A DNA stretch of 64,000 nucleotides, taken from contig CDMY01000510.1 of assembly GCA_001179505.1 (NCBI GenBank), positions 248,001 to 312,000 of the forward strand, read 5' to 3'. Position 1 is the first letter of the stretch; every line of letters begins with the position of its first letter. Origin of the DNA: Vitrella brassicaformis CCMP3155 (taxonomy: Eukaryota > Protista > Chromerida). The position numbers were made by a program, and so were the translations under genes. Positions 12,805 through 25,497 of the stretch are shown here, in pieces. The notes beneath the pieces are model-generated. The model made no database searches, was not told the origin of the DNA, and saw only the letters and a list, made by a program, of their open reading frames with translations.

Positions 12805-14869
12805 TCAGCTTCCCTTCCTCGGCCTGGCTGGCAACGCGAGAGGCCTCCGGGCATACCACTGTCGACACACCGGGCAGCGGTGCTGCTCAAAGACGTGAAA
12901 CGACTCAAAGTTGAGCAGACACGTCTTGTGAAACACGTGGCTGCAGCTCAGCAGCAGCACCGCCTTGCCCCGGTGGTACTCCTGGAAGCAGATGGAGCAC
13001 TCCTCCTCGTCCCTCTCCAATGCCCTGCGCTTGGCACTCGCCCACTCCTCCGCTGTCACGTCTAGACGAAATGGCGGCAGTGGCTGCTGCTGCTGTTCTG
13101 CTGGTGGTGGTGGGCCTGCCGGTGCTGCCGCTGCTGTGTTCGGTGGTGCGGCGGCTCTCTGTGGCGATTGGCGGCGATGGGTGACGGGCAGAGAGGGGAC
13201 GAGGGAGAGCTGGGGATACAGAGTGGAGAACCGCTGCAGGTCCTCACGCAGTATCTGAACAGACAAACAGCCACCCACCCACACAATCAGAGACGTGATC
13301 TGATCTGATCGGTCTGGATGCAATGCATCATTCATGTCAGCTCACCCTGGAGCTCTCCTGCACGGACTGGTCGATGTCTGAGAGGAACTTGTCGAGTGCG
13401 TCCTGCCGCTCATCGCACCGCCTCAGCACCTGACGGCTGAGGCCTGCCAGCGCCCTCCCGTAGCACTTGCGCTCGAACGAGCTCAGCTCATCACCACAGC
13501 CAGACGGATCGCTCGACGTCAGAAATGTGCTGCTGGTGAGCTCATCGCGAACGCGACCACGGAAGCGCTGACGGACCTCCTGAGATAGAGAGAGCCAAAA
13601 AAAAAGGGTTTCATCGGTCTGTCTGTCCGGCCGTGTGTGTGTGTGTGCTAAGCCAACCGACCTGTGTGGTTTGTCGTCGGATGCAATGCCCCCTCCAGGC
13701 CTTCTGTATCCTCGTCGCGCACTTGTGTCGCCACACGAGGAAGCCACCATGGTGCGGCCGACGCTGGTACGACGCTCGCCGGCAGATGGGGCAGCAGCGG
13801 GTCTGTGCAAAGCGCTCAAAGCTCGCCAGACACCGCTTGTGGAAAACATGGGAGCAACTGAGGATCACCTGAGGGCTGCATTAATGGACATATGGACACC
13901 CACAGGCACACAGGTCAAAGGCAGAAATTGATGGCATGGCACCGTGATCGATCGCCTTGGTCTCATCTGCTGCATCGCATCCATCGCTGACTGACCTGTC
14001 TGCAAATTCCTCCAGGCAGATGGCGCACGGCTTGTGGCTCTCCTGTCTGGCCTCTGAAGTCTCCCTCACGGCCTCCCACTGCGAGTCCGTCAGGGGCGGG
14101 GGTGGCGCAGGCACCAGCTGCAGCCTCTCTGCCAGCGACAGGCTTTTCTCATAAACCCGAAAGTCCCTCTTAGTCGCGTCGGACACCACATCTGTCACAC
14201 CCTTATCAGTATCGGCTGACGGCCGGCATCCCGACAGGCACGCGGAGGCCGCCGATGAGAGAGAGGAAGAGGGTTTGCGTCTGTGTCTGTGCTGATGCTG
14301 CAGGGACGCTCCCCTCTCTGTGGTGGGCGGTTGCCGTGGCCTGGAGTGTGCCTGCAGCGGTCGTGAGAGGGCGGCTACTGCTGCTGGCTTGCTGAGGGAC
14401 TTCATCAGGTGGTCTTGGAACGCCGCCGCCCAACAGCCGCTGCTCGACGACGATGGCATGCCGGACGGATGACTTGATGATGCCTTTCTCGTCTTCATGG
14501 GCGGGGCGGGGTTGTCACTGCAGACAGCACCAGGTGGCACGTGTTGCGACTCCCATAATAAAATCGCCGTCACACAGCTCAGCTGGCTGCACCGTCAATT
14601 CAATAGCGTGGTCTCCCTTCGGCCCTTTCTCGTGTGCAGACGTCTGCCAGAGTCTTCCATGCCTCCTGGACGACATCGTGCGGATTCATGTTCCTCTTGA
14701 TGGCCTCTTGCGTTGCCATGTGCGGCCGACTGAGCCGCAAACACGCCTGCTGAAGGGCGGCCACGCTCGCCGAGTCGACATTCTTGACGACTTGAGGCTC
14801 GTTGCTCGCTGTGCCGCGGTGGTGTGTCGGTCGAGGCGGCGAAGGCGAATCGGACGATGCACTCGCCAT
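12805..14869 (-). CDS. RNF32: RNF32-like protein: two RING-H2 domains flanking an IQ motif; multi-exon
   Basis: RING 1: CAICLEEF..ILSCSHVFHKRCLASFERF..CPICR. IQ motif: ATRIQKAWRGHCIRR. RING 2: CSICFQEY..LLSCSHVFHKTCLLNFESF..CPVCR. The N-terminal AAAFQDH and LSLAERLQLVPAPPPPLT..W segments are typical of RNF32. The start is either ATG 14869 or ATG 14498. Confidence 0.8.
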
Positions 14870-14894
14870 TTCCGTCGTCTTCACTCCTCGCAAC

Positions 14895-14907
14895 TGCGAG
14901 CTCAGCT
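14895..14907 (+). promoter_or_regulatory. Candidate promoter motif TGCGAGCTCAGCT between the divergent RNF32-like and NADK genes
   Basis: Exact match to TGCGAGCTNAGCT, with a near-copy GCGAGCTAAGAT at 14913-14924. It lies in the 157-bp gap between the two ATGs. Confidence 0.6.
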
Positions 14908-15026
14908 CTAAGGCGAGCTAAGATAGCAGACGTGAAGGAGATGAGTGAGATGTCGAGTCAGATCAGTACAGTCTGCTTGTCTTGTTCTGTGGGCGAGCCG
15001 AAAGTTTGAGTCAACTTGACTTGAAG

Positions 15027-15405
15027 ATGGCGGCGATGAGAAAGCAGGGCGGACCGGGTGCGTGGACGGCGGAGGGCGAGCAGTCGCCCTTCCTGCCCTT
15101 CCAGGAGCTGCACGTACGCACTCACAGACAGACAGGGAGGGGACAAACAGACGATCCAGCAAGAGAGACCAGTCAGTCACCTTTGTTCTCTGTCTGTCTG
15201 TTCTCGTTCTGCTCTCGGTGTGTGTGTGTGTCCGCCTGTCTGTCTGCTTGGCTGTCTGGGTGTGTATGGGTCTGCAGCAATTCGACGCCATCCAGAAGGA
15301 GATAGAGGAGGACAGGAGGCGCACAGAGTGAGCAGTCCAGCAGCACACCAACGAGAACAGACAGACGTGCAGACCACTGATGACCTTCCTTCCCTCTGTC
15401 TGTCG

Positions 15406-15436
<31 letters not shown>

Positions 15437-18400
15437 GTGTCCCCCAGAGTTGACTGGGGCGATGCCATCTGCAACCAGCTGCGCATCACGGGCCACAACC
15501 ACCGCGCCTCCCTCCCCCAGCCGGCCGCCCGAGCTCCCCGTGTCGACACGTCGCCCGACGGGCATCCCTGTGAGCGGCAGGAGCCGTCGCCGGCTGACTC
15601 TGACCATGAGCCCGAGTCGCCCGCCAAGAGCGTCATCCGCATCTACAGGCACACCGATGACGGTGGTGCCGATGGTCACTACCTCGAGTCAGGATGGATG
15701 GCACACACACATCGGCCGATGCGATGCGGGGATGGAGAAGGAAGGCCATTTATTTGTTGTTGTGTTTGTTGGATATGATTGTTTGCTGCAGGATGGACCA
15801 CTTGCCGCGTGTGCAGACGGGCAACATTTACTGTGCCTTTAAGCAGCAGCCACAGCGGGTGCTCATCGTCAAGCGCATCAACTCACCAAACGTCACCAAA
15901 GTGGCCGTCGAACTCGCAATGTGAGTCAAGCAGCACAGGGGGGGAGGGGGTGGACGAATCGTTGATGGGATGGCGGATGTGTGTGTGTATGTATGCGCGG
16001 CCTCTCTTCGTCAGGTTTTTGTCGGAGGAGCTCGGCCTGCAGGTGATCGTCGAGCCCACCGCCTCGGACGAGTTCGTCTCAGCGGTACGCACACCCACAA
16101 AACGGCAAAGCACAGCAGAGCCCACCCATAGCACTCCCCCATGTGTGTGCGTGTGTGTCAGGGTGCGATGATGGTCAAGACGTGGCATGAGGAGGAGGGT
16201 CCTCCCGAGGAGCTCGGGGGGCACATCGACTTTGTCGTCGCACTGGGGGGCGACGGCACCATGCTCTGGGCATCACATCTAATGACCAATGTCGTGCCGC
16301 CCGTCGTCGGATTCTCTATGGTACTCACGGCCAGGCCCCACATGGATGTGCTGTGCGTGTGATGCATGACAGACGCTGTGTGTGTGTGTTTGGTGTGGTG
16401 TGGTGTGGTGCAGGGATCGTTGGGTTACTTGACTCAGTTTGAAGTGTCTGAGATGAAGGTGGTGTTGCGGCGGATGGTCCACTTCGGCTTCTCCATTTGC
16501 CTCAGATGCAGACTCAGTGAGTGAGCCAGCGACCGAGACGAGACGGGAGGGAGGGACGATATGGAACCACCAGAAGCATGGCGACATACATAATGCACTC
16601 ACTGTGTGGTGTGGTGTGCACTGCAGAGGTGATGCTGGTTGACTCGCATGACGTGATAAAGCACGAGTCCAACGCCATCAATGACTGCGTTGTCGATAGA
16701 GGTAGCTGCGTCGGATCAAGCAGTCCAGCCATAAGGAAGGAGCTTATGGAGTGTCGGCTCGTGTGTGTGTGTGATGCAGGTCCTGGTTCTTTCTTGACCA
16801 ACCTTGATGTGTTCTACAATGAAGAGTTCTTCACCACTGTCGCCGCCGATGGGTACGTGCCAAGCCAGCCAGCCAGCCAGGCAGGCAGGATGGAAAGACG
16901 TTGCGATGTGTGTGGTATTGGATGGATGGCCAGTTTGATCATCGCGACTCCCACCGGCTCGACAGCTTACAGCATGTCAGCAGGAGGGTCCATGGTGCAT
17001 CCCCAGGTGCCCTGCATGCTCTTCACCCCAATCTGCCCCCACTCTCTCTCCTTCCGACCCCTGGTGCTGCCCGACTCGGGCGTACTCCGCATCAAGGTCC
17101 CCGACGACAGCCGCGCAGCCGCATGGGTAAGCCAACCAACGTCACAAGACGACGCGACACAACGCTCAGCACACAGTGCGTGTCTGTCGGTCGGTCGGTC
17201 GGTCGGTCTCTCCTTCGTGAGTGTAGGTGGCGGTTGACGGGCGATCCCGCATGGAGATTCAGAAGGGTGAGTCAGTCATCATCACCATGTCGGCCTTCCC
17301 CTACCCCATGGTCCTCCGCGACGACGTCCAGCGCGACCACTGGATCGAGTCGCTCAAGAAGGGCCTCAACTGGAACCAGCGAATACGCCAGCAGGCCTTT
17401 CCCATCGACGGGCCAGCGTCCGCCACCACACACACGCCCACCCCATCACTCGGCCCCGAGCACAAGAATCTCCACATACAGAAGGGCGGCAGAGGCGAGG
17501 CAGGCCGCCCACACCGGAGCAACCCCTCCCACAGCCCGCGATCGTCACCTCCGCAGTCGCCCACACAGGCTGCCGACGCGGCTATCGGCAGCGGTGGGCC
17601 CAACGCTGAGTCGACCGCACCGCTCGTCGACGGCTCACCGAAGCAGCTGCGGCCGTGCATCGACCGGAAGCACTCGAGAAGCCGCACCACCACCACCCTC
17701 CCCCAGACCCACCACAGCGTCTTCTTCCCCTGCACGTCGGTCAAGGGCCGAGGGATGAGCGAGGAGACGATCCCTCCCAGGTCGCTGAGTGCGATCGACG
17801 GCATCAAGCCCCCGCCATGTGACGCTTGGCATCACACCGAGCGGCCGTCTGACGAGGGCAGCACCGGTGCTGCTGTCCTCAACGGCAGCGTGCGTGGAGG
17901 AGGGGAGCACAAGGCTGCTGGAGGGGACGACCAGAGCCGTCTGGTTCCCCCCGAGCTCACCGCTGTACAAAGCGCCCCGTGCACCCCCAACATAGCCTTC
18001 ACCGACTCCCCGGTCATCTCAGCCCTTCAGCGATCTGACATCAAGCCAGACGCCCAGCCATCTGGAGACAAGATGCCCCCTCTGAATCTGGACGCCTCCC
18101 TGTGTCAGTTCGCCCCTCCCGGCCCACTGCCGAGTGTCCGTGAGGTGTCGGCGTCAAAGGAATGTCCCAGCAACGGTCGGAGCGACAAGGGCGGCAGCGA
18201 GGGGTCAACAGCCACGGGTGGCGCGACGGACGCCTGCCTGTCCCCGCCCCAGTCGGTTGAGGAGGGTACACCCATGGCCTCCCCTATGGACAAGAAGACC
18301 GTCGACAGGTCGATGCGGCCGCCATATGGAAAGAGTCCGAGCAAGGGAAGTCCGCTCAGCAGCGGGGAGGGCAGGGCGGCGCGGTTCGGGTCGATCGAGG

Positions 18401-19157
18401 AGAGAAACGAAGAGAGCCTCAGCCACCTTACCAACATCGAGGTACACAGACACTGCACAAGACAAAAGAGATTTCACGTGTCACTCATACATTGTATGTG
18501 TTGGGTGTGCCTGTTGTGTGTCCAGGTAGCTCGTAGCCCGCCCAAGCACCGCGGCAGCATCGCCGGACTCACGCTGCCTTCCGCCGTCTCCCAGGGGGCT
18601 GGCACTACCACCACCACACAGCCCTCCAAGGGGGCCACTGCGCCAGCCGGGCCACACACAGGGGGCCAAAGGGTCTCCCTGTCGTCGAGTGCCGGGGCCA
18701 ACAGCGCGCCACCGACAGCAGCAGCAGCCATCCACCATGTGCGGTCGATCTCTTACGTGCACTCTGCGGCGGGGAGCAGCCACCGCGCGTCCAGTGAGGC
18801 CAGGAGTCCTCATTCGGAAGAGAGGAGCGCACCAGGGCCTGGCGACAACAGATCGACGTCCGTCTTTGTTATGCCGCAGCCCGAGACACAAACAATGGTC
18901 AGTGAGGAGGGAGGGAGGACAAAACAAAGCAGCGGGACAATCACCCTGCCTGTGGCCGGCTGGTGTGTGTGTGTATGTGTGTGTGTCAGATTCAACTGAT
19001 GCCTCGCGCTTTGGTGTCTGGCACGCCGAGCCACTTGCTGCGCAACGTCGACGTGTGCATCCGCAAGAAGGGGGACGGCGGCAAGACAGACAACACCGCT
19101 GCTGAGCAGCAGCAGACAGACAGCAGCAGCAATGGGGCGGAGAAGGTGGATAAATGA
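15027..19157 (+). CDS. NADK: NAD(+) kinase with long Ser/Pro-rich C-terminal extension; multi-exon
   Basis: NAD kinase motifs: [75 protein letters not shown] and LNWNQRIRQ. Confidence 0.93.
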
Positions 19158-19860
19158 TCAATGATGGGTCGGTGGGCGGGTCAGCAGTCAGTGAGGCAGG
19201 CATGCAAGGTGGGTGAATCGGCCTCAACGAGGCGGTGTGTGAGTAAGGAGGCGACATGCTTGTGCCTGTGTGGCCGGCGTGTGTGTACAGAGCGTGAATG
19301 AGATGAGTGTGGGCAGAGACCATCTCGTTGGCGTGGGTGAGTGCCTTTTTTCCGTTTCTACCCTATGTGCGGGTGAGTGGGTGAGGGTGTGAGGTGGGAG
19401 GCAGTGATGTGAGTGCGGCGGGTGATGGATTGATGTGAATTATCGGTGTCTTTCTCGTGCCGATGGCCGTCAGCGAGATACGTCATGACAAATTCCCGAT
19501 CATGCATATTTGTCGTGTCAAGTTACACTGAAAGAGCAAAACACACTGCGGTGCGACCTTGTCGTGGCGGCATGCAGCGGAGTACACGACAAGGCGAGCA
19601 ATCTCATCGCGTGTCTGGTTCATGAATGTCTTCATCGGCGAGGGAGGATCACGAAAGTCCACAGAAAGAAGTACACAGACACACACACACACACCTCGCC
19701 AATGACATACCCAGCGCATTAGGAGATGATTGGCAAACCGGCAAAGTGGCCACAGGAAGGTCAAACACAGAGGGACCAGACCAAACCTGCTTGACCACTG
19801 AGATAGTGCATGTCTCACTCGAGGTAATTGTTCTCTCTCTCGGGAAGCGAATTGATACCG

Positions 19861-20580
19861 TCCGTGATGTGATGCCGTCTCCGTCCCTCGTCGTCCATCT
19901 CGAATAGCTGACATAGCCATCGGCACGAGGAGGATATCTTCAGTCAGCAGCAGCTGATGGATGATGAATGGATGATGCCGTCCGTGATGTGATGCCGTCT
20001 CCGTCCCTCGTTGTCCATCTCGAATAGCTGACATAGCCATCGGCACGAGGAGGATATCTTCAGCAGCAGCTGATGGATGATGAATGGATGATGCCGTCCG
20101 TGATGTGATGCCGTCTCCGTCCCTCGTTGTCCATCTCGAATAGCTGACATAGCCATCGGCACGAGGAGGATATCTTCAGCAGCAGCTGATGGATGAATGG
20201 ATGATGCCGTCCGTGATGTGATGCCGTCTCCGTCCCTCGTTGTCCATCTCGAATAGCTGACATAGCCATCGGCACGAGGAGGATATCTTCAGCAGCAGCT
20301 GATGGATGAATGGATGGATGCCGTGATGCCGTCTCCGTCCCTCGTTGTCCGCTTCTTGATCATCAGTGCCGCTTCTTGGTCGCCGATGCCGTGCGTGTGT
20401 GGCGAGAGCCACAGGTATCTTCAGTCAGCAGCTGATGGATGAATGGATGGATGCCGTGATGCCGTCTCCCTCCCTCCTCGTTGTCCGCTTCTTGATCATC
20501 ATCAGTGCCGCTCGCTTCTTGGTCGCCGATGCCGTGCGTGTGTGGCGAGAGCCACAGGTATCTTCAGTCAGCAGATGGAT
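19861..20580. repeat. Tandem array: four A-type units (~120, 116, 113 and ~110 bp) plus two diverged B-type units (~125-135 bp)
   Basis: The unit tccgtgatgtgatgccgtctccgtccctcgttgtccatctcgaatagctgacatagccatcggcacgaggaggatatcttcagcagcagctgatggatg... starts at 19861, 19981, 20097 and 20210. B units keep gatgccgtctcc..cctcgttgtcc and tatcttcagtcagcag but have a different core. Confidence 0.92.
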
Positions 20581-20999
20581 GCTGTCTTTCTCGCTCTCTC
20601 GTTGTTGTTTTCTTCTTCTTGGTCTCATTCCGTCGTCTGTCCGTATGTAGTGACAGAAGAAGATCAGATAATCAATCACGGCCCTGCACCCAGCTATCGG
20701 TTAACCGCATTTCTTGTTGCTGACCCTTGCACGCCGTCACTTCATGATGAGCTGATATGCTTGCAGGGGTTGTCCTCGGCCCTCGAGACTGGACAAATAT
20801 GAAATGTAAGCAGCGATTCATCAGGTCCCAAGCCTCTCGCGAAGCGCCCTGCACACACACGAGTCACAAACACACGTGTTTAAGCGTAACTTACACGCTT
20901 CATCGGTTCAAGTACCTTCTTCATGTGTCGATCCTCATTGTCGACATCGAAGGGAAAATGCCCGAGAAGATGACGTCGCATTCCGCCCGATGCACATAC

Positions 21000-21700
21000 A
21001 TATGTGTGTGACTTGCAGCGCCCTCCAGCAGATAGCGAGGGGCGGAGGAGACGGAAGCAGATCTTGATCTTCTCTGCATCAGAACAGGACACACACGCAC
21101 ATTCGCATGGTCATGCAACGCCTTCTCTCGTGTGTGTGAGTGTGTGAGTACATGCACTGAATGCCCTGCTGTCGATGTGCGACATGGTGTCAGACTCATT
21201 GCCGCTTGCCGTTCCAACACACTCTCCTTCCACCTGCACACACCCATACAGCCAGGCAGAAGAACACATTACTTACATTCACATGTTTGTGTACATGAAA
21301 TGCTTGTGCACACATACCATCGAATGCTCGCACGCTCAGAAAGGGTCGACGTACACCGACTCGACCATTGTGCCATCGAAATCGACCACAATCGCCTGCA
21401 ACTGATGGACGCGTGTGTCGTGTTTGCGGGGTGTCTTGTAGGGTTGCTCACGTTGGGGTCCTTCATGTGCGGCAGCAGGCAGAGCGCCATAGTCCCACGT
21501 CAGCCCCACCGAGTGGCTCCGCGAAGCATCCACCATGAAATCGTGCACCAAAGTGTCAGGAGACACATGGGTGGTGTGCTCATCGATTATGGGTGTCGTC
21601 TGTGTACCTCTTCTGCTGGCGTCGGCGCATGCCCAGAAATTGTTGGCCAGGTGTGTGGCATCCACTGTTGAGCCGTTCCGCTCCACTGTTGAACTGCCTG
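21000..21700 (-). pseudogene. Degenerate or uncharacterised coding remnant, paralogous to 25700-26300
   Basis: VDASRSHSVGLTWDYGAL..RVHQLQAIVVDFDGTMVESV here matches VDAARSVSAAVSRDYGAI..RVHQVEMVVVDFTGTIVDSV at 25830-26110. Confidence 0.4.
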
Positions 21701-21899
21701 AGGAGACACGGTGGTTCGAGAGATATAGACAGCAAAATATAAAGTGTAGGCAGCGATGCCCAAGAACTCTCCTGGCGCCTCGTCGTCCGCTGGTGGGATC
21801 CTGAAGAAACAAAGAAAAACGGACAGAGACAGATGGACACTTTCATTTTATGGATGGCCTTCTCGACTAGGGGGTGCCTACCCGCCCAGTGCGCCACCA

Positions 21900-23418
21900 C
21901 CGTTGGCACCAACAAACACCGACCCTGCTGCTGCTGCTGCTTTTGCGGCAGGGATGATATGATCTCGCTCTCACCGCTGCCTGTCGGCCGCTCGGCTTCC
22001 CCACTCAGCCTCCGCTCAAGGTCAAGCATGGTCTGCAACATTGCTTCGAGTTCCGGGCGGTTGTCACGGTCGTCCTGAAGCGCTGCGTAGGCCAAAGCGC
22101 TGACGTCTTTGGCGATTTCTCTCGCCCATTCGACCTCTGTCTCCTCCCTTTCGTGCAGCAGCCTGACGCTCTTGCGAAAGCTTCTGGCAAGCCCGTTGTC
22201 GAAGGGCTTGGGCAAGAAGCTGTCCCACTCGAGGCAGTCCTTGAGGTCATAGATAAACTTCTCGCGCCTCATCTTCTTCTCCAGCTCCTGCAGCTCCTCG
22301 GCCGGCCTCTCGTCCCTTCTTGCCTGTTTGAGGGCGGCATCCAGCTGGCGGAAGACCATGCTCGCCATGGGGTACGAATCCCCAAAGACAAAGTGGCGGA
22401 GGATGTGGTCGACCCCCGAGCTGGCGGCCTTGCGGCTAATGAAGACGGCATCCCCCTCCTCAGTCATCAGGCCGCGCTTCTTCATGGCCGTCTTCGTCTC
22501 GTTGGCCATGGACATGATCTCCTCCTTCTCTGCCCCTCCTGTCTCGGTGGCTGCACAGACGGCAACCCACCTCAGCACTGCGGTTTCAGGCGGTGCCGCG
22601 TGTGGGGTCAGACCGACGACCTGCAGCTTCTTCACCTGCTCCACATGGTCAGTGGGTACTCTTGCGAGGCCCCAAGACCCTTCTCCTTTGGGTGGCTCTT
22701 CTGCGCGGCGTCGGCGGGATCCATCATTACCGTCCCAGGGCACCGGCCGAGAAAGGCTGGGTGGTGGGGAGGGCTGGTCGATGGCCACGGGCAGCATGAC
22801 AGAACACACTCCTGTCGAGCAGTGCAGCCCACTTGAGGAACACATCACTGGCCATGTTGTCAAGGGCGTAGAGGAGGGCGTTGGAGGTGGTGATGTGGGC
22901 GTGGATAAATAGACAGATAGCCCGAATGCCAATCACCACCTCCTCTCTGGCCTGGGCGGCTGCTGCGGCCAACAGGGGAGCGGTGTGCTTCTGGGAGATC
23001 TTGCGGAAGTTGTATTTCGAGATGGCGTCCATGATCTGGATGAACTCGTACTTGCCTGAATCATCGCCGCTGGACACCCAAGGTGTCACCAGGACGACGA
23101 TTGGCTTCTTGGTCGCCTCATCTCCCTCTCCCTCGACAAGGATTGCCGGCTGCTCTTTGTTGGTGCTGGCAAGGAAAAGCGGCAGGAAGCCCCTCTCCCG
23201 AATGTGTGCACTGCCGCCCGCCAACTTGGCAAGATCTTACAGCTTCTGCCGCTCGCTGATGAGGCAGGCGACGTCGACCGAGGCCCCCCCGCAAAGACGC
23301 CTTGATAGACTTGTGAGAGCCCTTCCTTCTCCGACCGCACCTTCATCTCGAATGTGTGCTCCTCCTCTCCGCATCGAATGGTGATGGCTGTGGGTCTTGT
23401 CACCGGCGTCAAAGGCAT
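21900..23418 (-). pseudogene. Frameshifted paralog of the 36134-38113 pseudokinase
   Basis: It starts with MPLTPVTRPTAITIRCGEEEHTFEMK (compare MPLTQVPRPTAISIRCGEEDHTFEMK) and is colinear to RPELEAML. A deletion of roughly 40 nt at ~23280 removes the AAFK (beta-3 Lys) region, and there is a second frame break at ~22740. Confidence 0.82.
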
Positions 23419-23829
23419 GGTTGATGTCACTGTTGCTGCTGTTTCAATGCTGCACACCAATTTCTGAGAAGAGAGACGATCCACACGAGACACGGTGCTT
23501 CTCAAGGCCCACGGACGACGAGATATAAAATGTAGACACCGATAGGTGAGGCAGCAAGAGGGTGAAGTCTCCCTCAGGCCGCCTGGCTTCTTCCTGCGGC
23601 TGGGTGGCCTTCTTCCATCTCGTGTCTGATGAGTAAATCAAACACACACATGGCGTTTCCGCGGGGCTGTCTTCATCCGCTCACGGGCGTTCAAGCAGCT
23701 CACGGGCAAGGTCTTCGCCCAGAAGCAAAGAGCCTGCACACACACACACACACACACACAGAGCGCACACAATCGACGACAGGTACACACACGCACTTTG
23801 CCTTCAGTGCATACTCACCATTGATTCAG

Positions 23830-24248
23830 ACTCGTCCACTGCAGCTCCGCTTCGTCTCTCTTGTGCAGAAGCCTGACACTCGGCCGAAAGCTCTTCGCAA
23901 GGCCGTCATAATCGAAGAGGCTCGCCAAGAAGGTCTCCCACCTTCGAGGCGAAGCTCAGCTTCTGATGCATCATTTCCTTCCAGGACCTGCATATCCTCC
24001 GGTGGCTTGCCTTCTCTCTTCGCCTGCCTAATGGGCGCCTCCAGCTTGTGCATGGCGACACTCAACATGGCGTATGAGTCGCCAGATATAAAGTGTCGGA
24101 GGTAGTGGCCGACGCCCCAGCTCACCGCCGTTGGGACGATGGAGATGCTGTCGCCCTCGGTCATCGTGTCGCGCTCTTTCGTGACCATCTTCATATTTCC
24201 CACCATTCCCTTGATCTCCTCCCTCTCCGCTCCACATGTCTCCGTCGC
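23830..24248 (-). pseudogene. Internal fragment of the pseudokinase family (local duplicate of ~24635-25058)
   Basis: It shares long identical runs with 24635-25058, for example ccagcttgtgcatggcgacactcaacatggcgtatgagtcgccagatataaagtgtcggaggta. It is truncated at both ends. Confidence 0.8.
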
Positions 24249-24284
24249 TGGTTGACGTGCTGGTTGTTGTCCGCTTCTTGATCA

Positions 24285-25497
24285 TCAATCCCGCTCGCTT
24301 CTTGGTCGCTTGGAGAGTGGCCCAACATTCCATCTGCCCCTCTCATTGTTGACGACCGCTCTGCGCTGGGGCTCTGTGCCTCGTATTCGATCAGCAGCAG
24401 GTAAGCGTGGAGGTGAGCAAGGCTCAGAAGGCTGCAGCTGCTGCTGCTGCTGCTGGTGGGGCGATGGGGCGTCATCACTCTCGGTCGTCTTGCTTCCGGG
24501 CTCTTCACTACTCAGCAACCCCTCCATGTCGAGAAGACGGCGCAACATATCTTCGAGGGCCGGACGGCTGTCTGGGTCTTCTTGAAGAGCTGTGCGAGCG
24601 AGTCGGCTGATGTCGTTGGCTATCTGCTTCGTCCACTCCAGCTCCGCTTCGTCTCTCTTGTGCAGAAGCCTGACACTTGGCCGAAAGCTCTTTGCAAGGC
24701 CGTCACCATCGAAGAGGTTCGCCAAGAAGGTCACTGGAAGCAGTGCATCAGGTCGAGCCGCAAATTCTGGTGCGTCATTTCCTTCTCCAGCGCCTGAATC
24801 TCCTGCCCTGGCTTGCCTTCTCTCCTCGCCCGCCTACTGGGCGCCTCCAGCTTGTGCATGGCGACACTCAACATGGCGTATGAGTCGCCAGATATAAAGT
24901 GTCGGAGGTAATGGGACGCCCCAGCTCACCGCCGTTGGGCCGATAAAGATGCTGTCTTCGCCCTCGGTCATCGTGCTGTGCTCTTTCATGACCATCTTCA
25001 TATTCCCCACCATCCCCTTGATCTCCTCCCTCTCCGCTCCACATGTCTCCGTCGCCTCGCAAATCGTCTTCCACCTCAGCACTGCCGTCTCAGGCGGGGC
25101 GAAAAAAGGGGTGAGGCCGATGATCTGCAGCTGCTTCTGCTGTATCTTGCTGTCGATGGGCACCCTTGCAAAGCCACGCGTCGCCCCTCCTTCGGGTGGC
25201 TGGTCAATCATGAATGATTGTGCCCGGGCAGTGGCCGAGGAAGGGCAGCTGGCGAGGGAGGGTGGTGGCTGCCCAGGGGCAGCACGACAGAAAGACGTTT
25301 CTGTCGAGCAGCGCAGACCACCGCAGGAACACATCATTGGTCATATTGTCGAGTGCGTAGAGGAGGGCGCTGCTGGGGGTGATGTGGGTGTAAATGAACA
25401 GACAGATGGCCCGCACACCAATCACCACATCCTTCTTGACTTGCCCAAATGCTGCAGCTGACAAGGGCGACTGGCCCTTCTGCAAGATTCATCCGCA
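24285..25497 (-). pseudogene. 5'-truncated, frameshifted pseudokinase paralog
   Basis: It encodes VIGVRAICLFIYTHITPSSALLYALDNM, LQIIGLTPFFAPPETAVLRW and RPALEDMLRRLL spread over different frames. Homology to the intact copy stops at ~25497. Confidence 0.8.

Noticed and set aside
19861-20580. CRISPR-like array
   Set aside because: The units are contiguous and near-identical with no unique spacers, there are no cas genes, and the context is eukaryotic.
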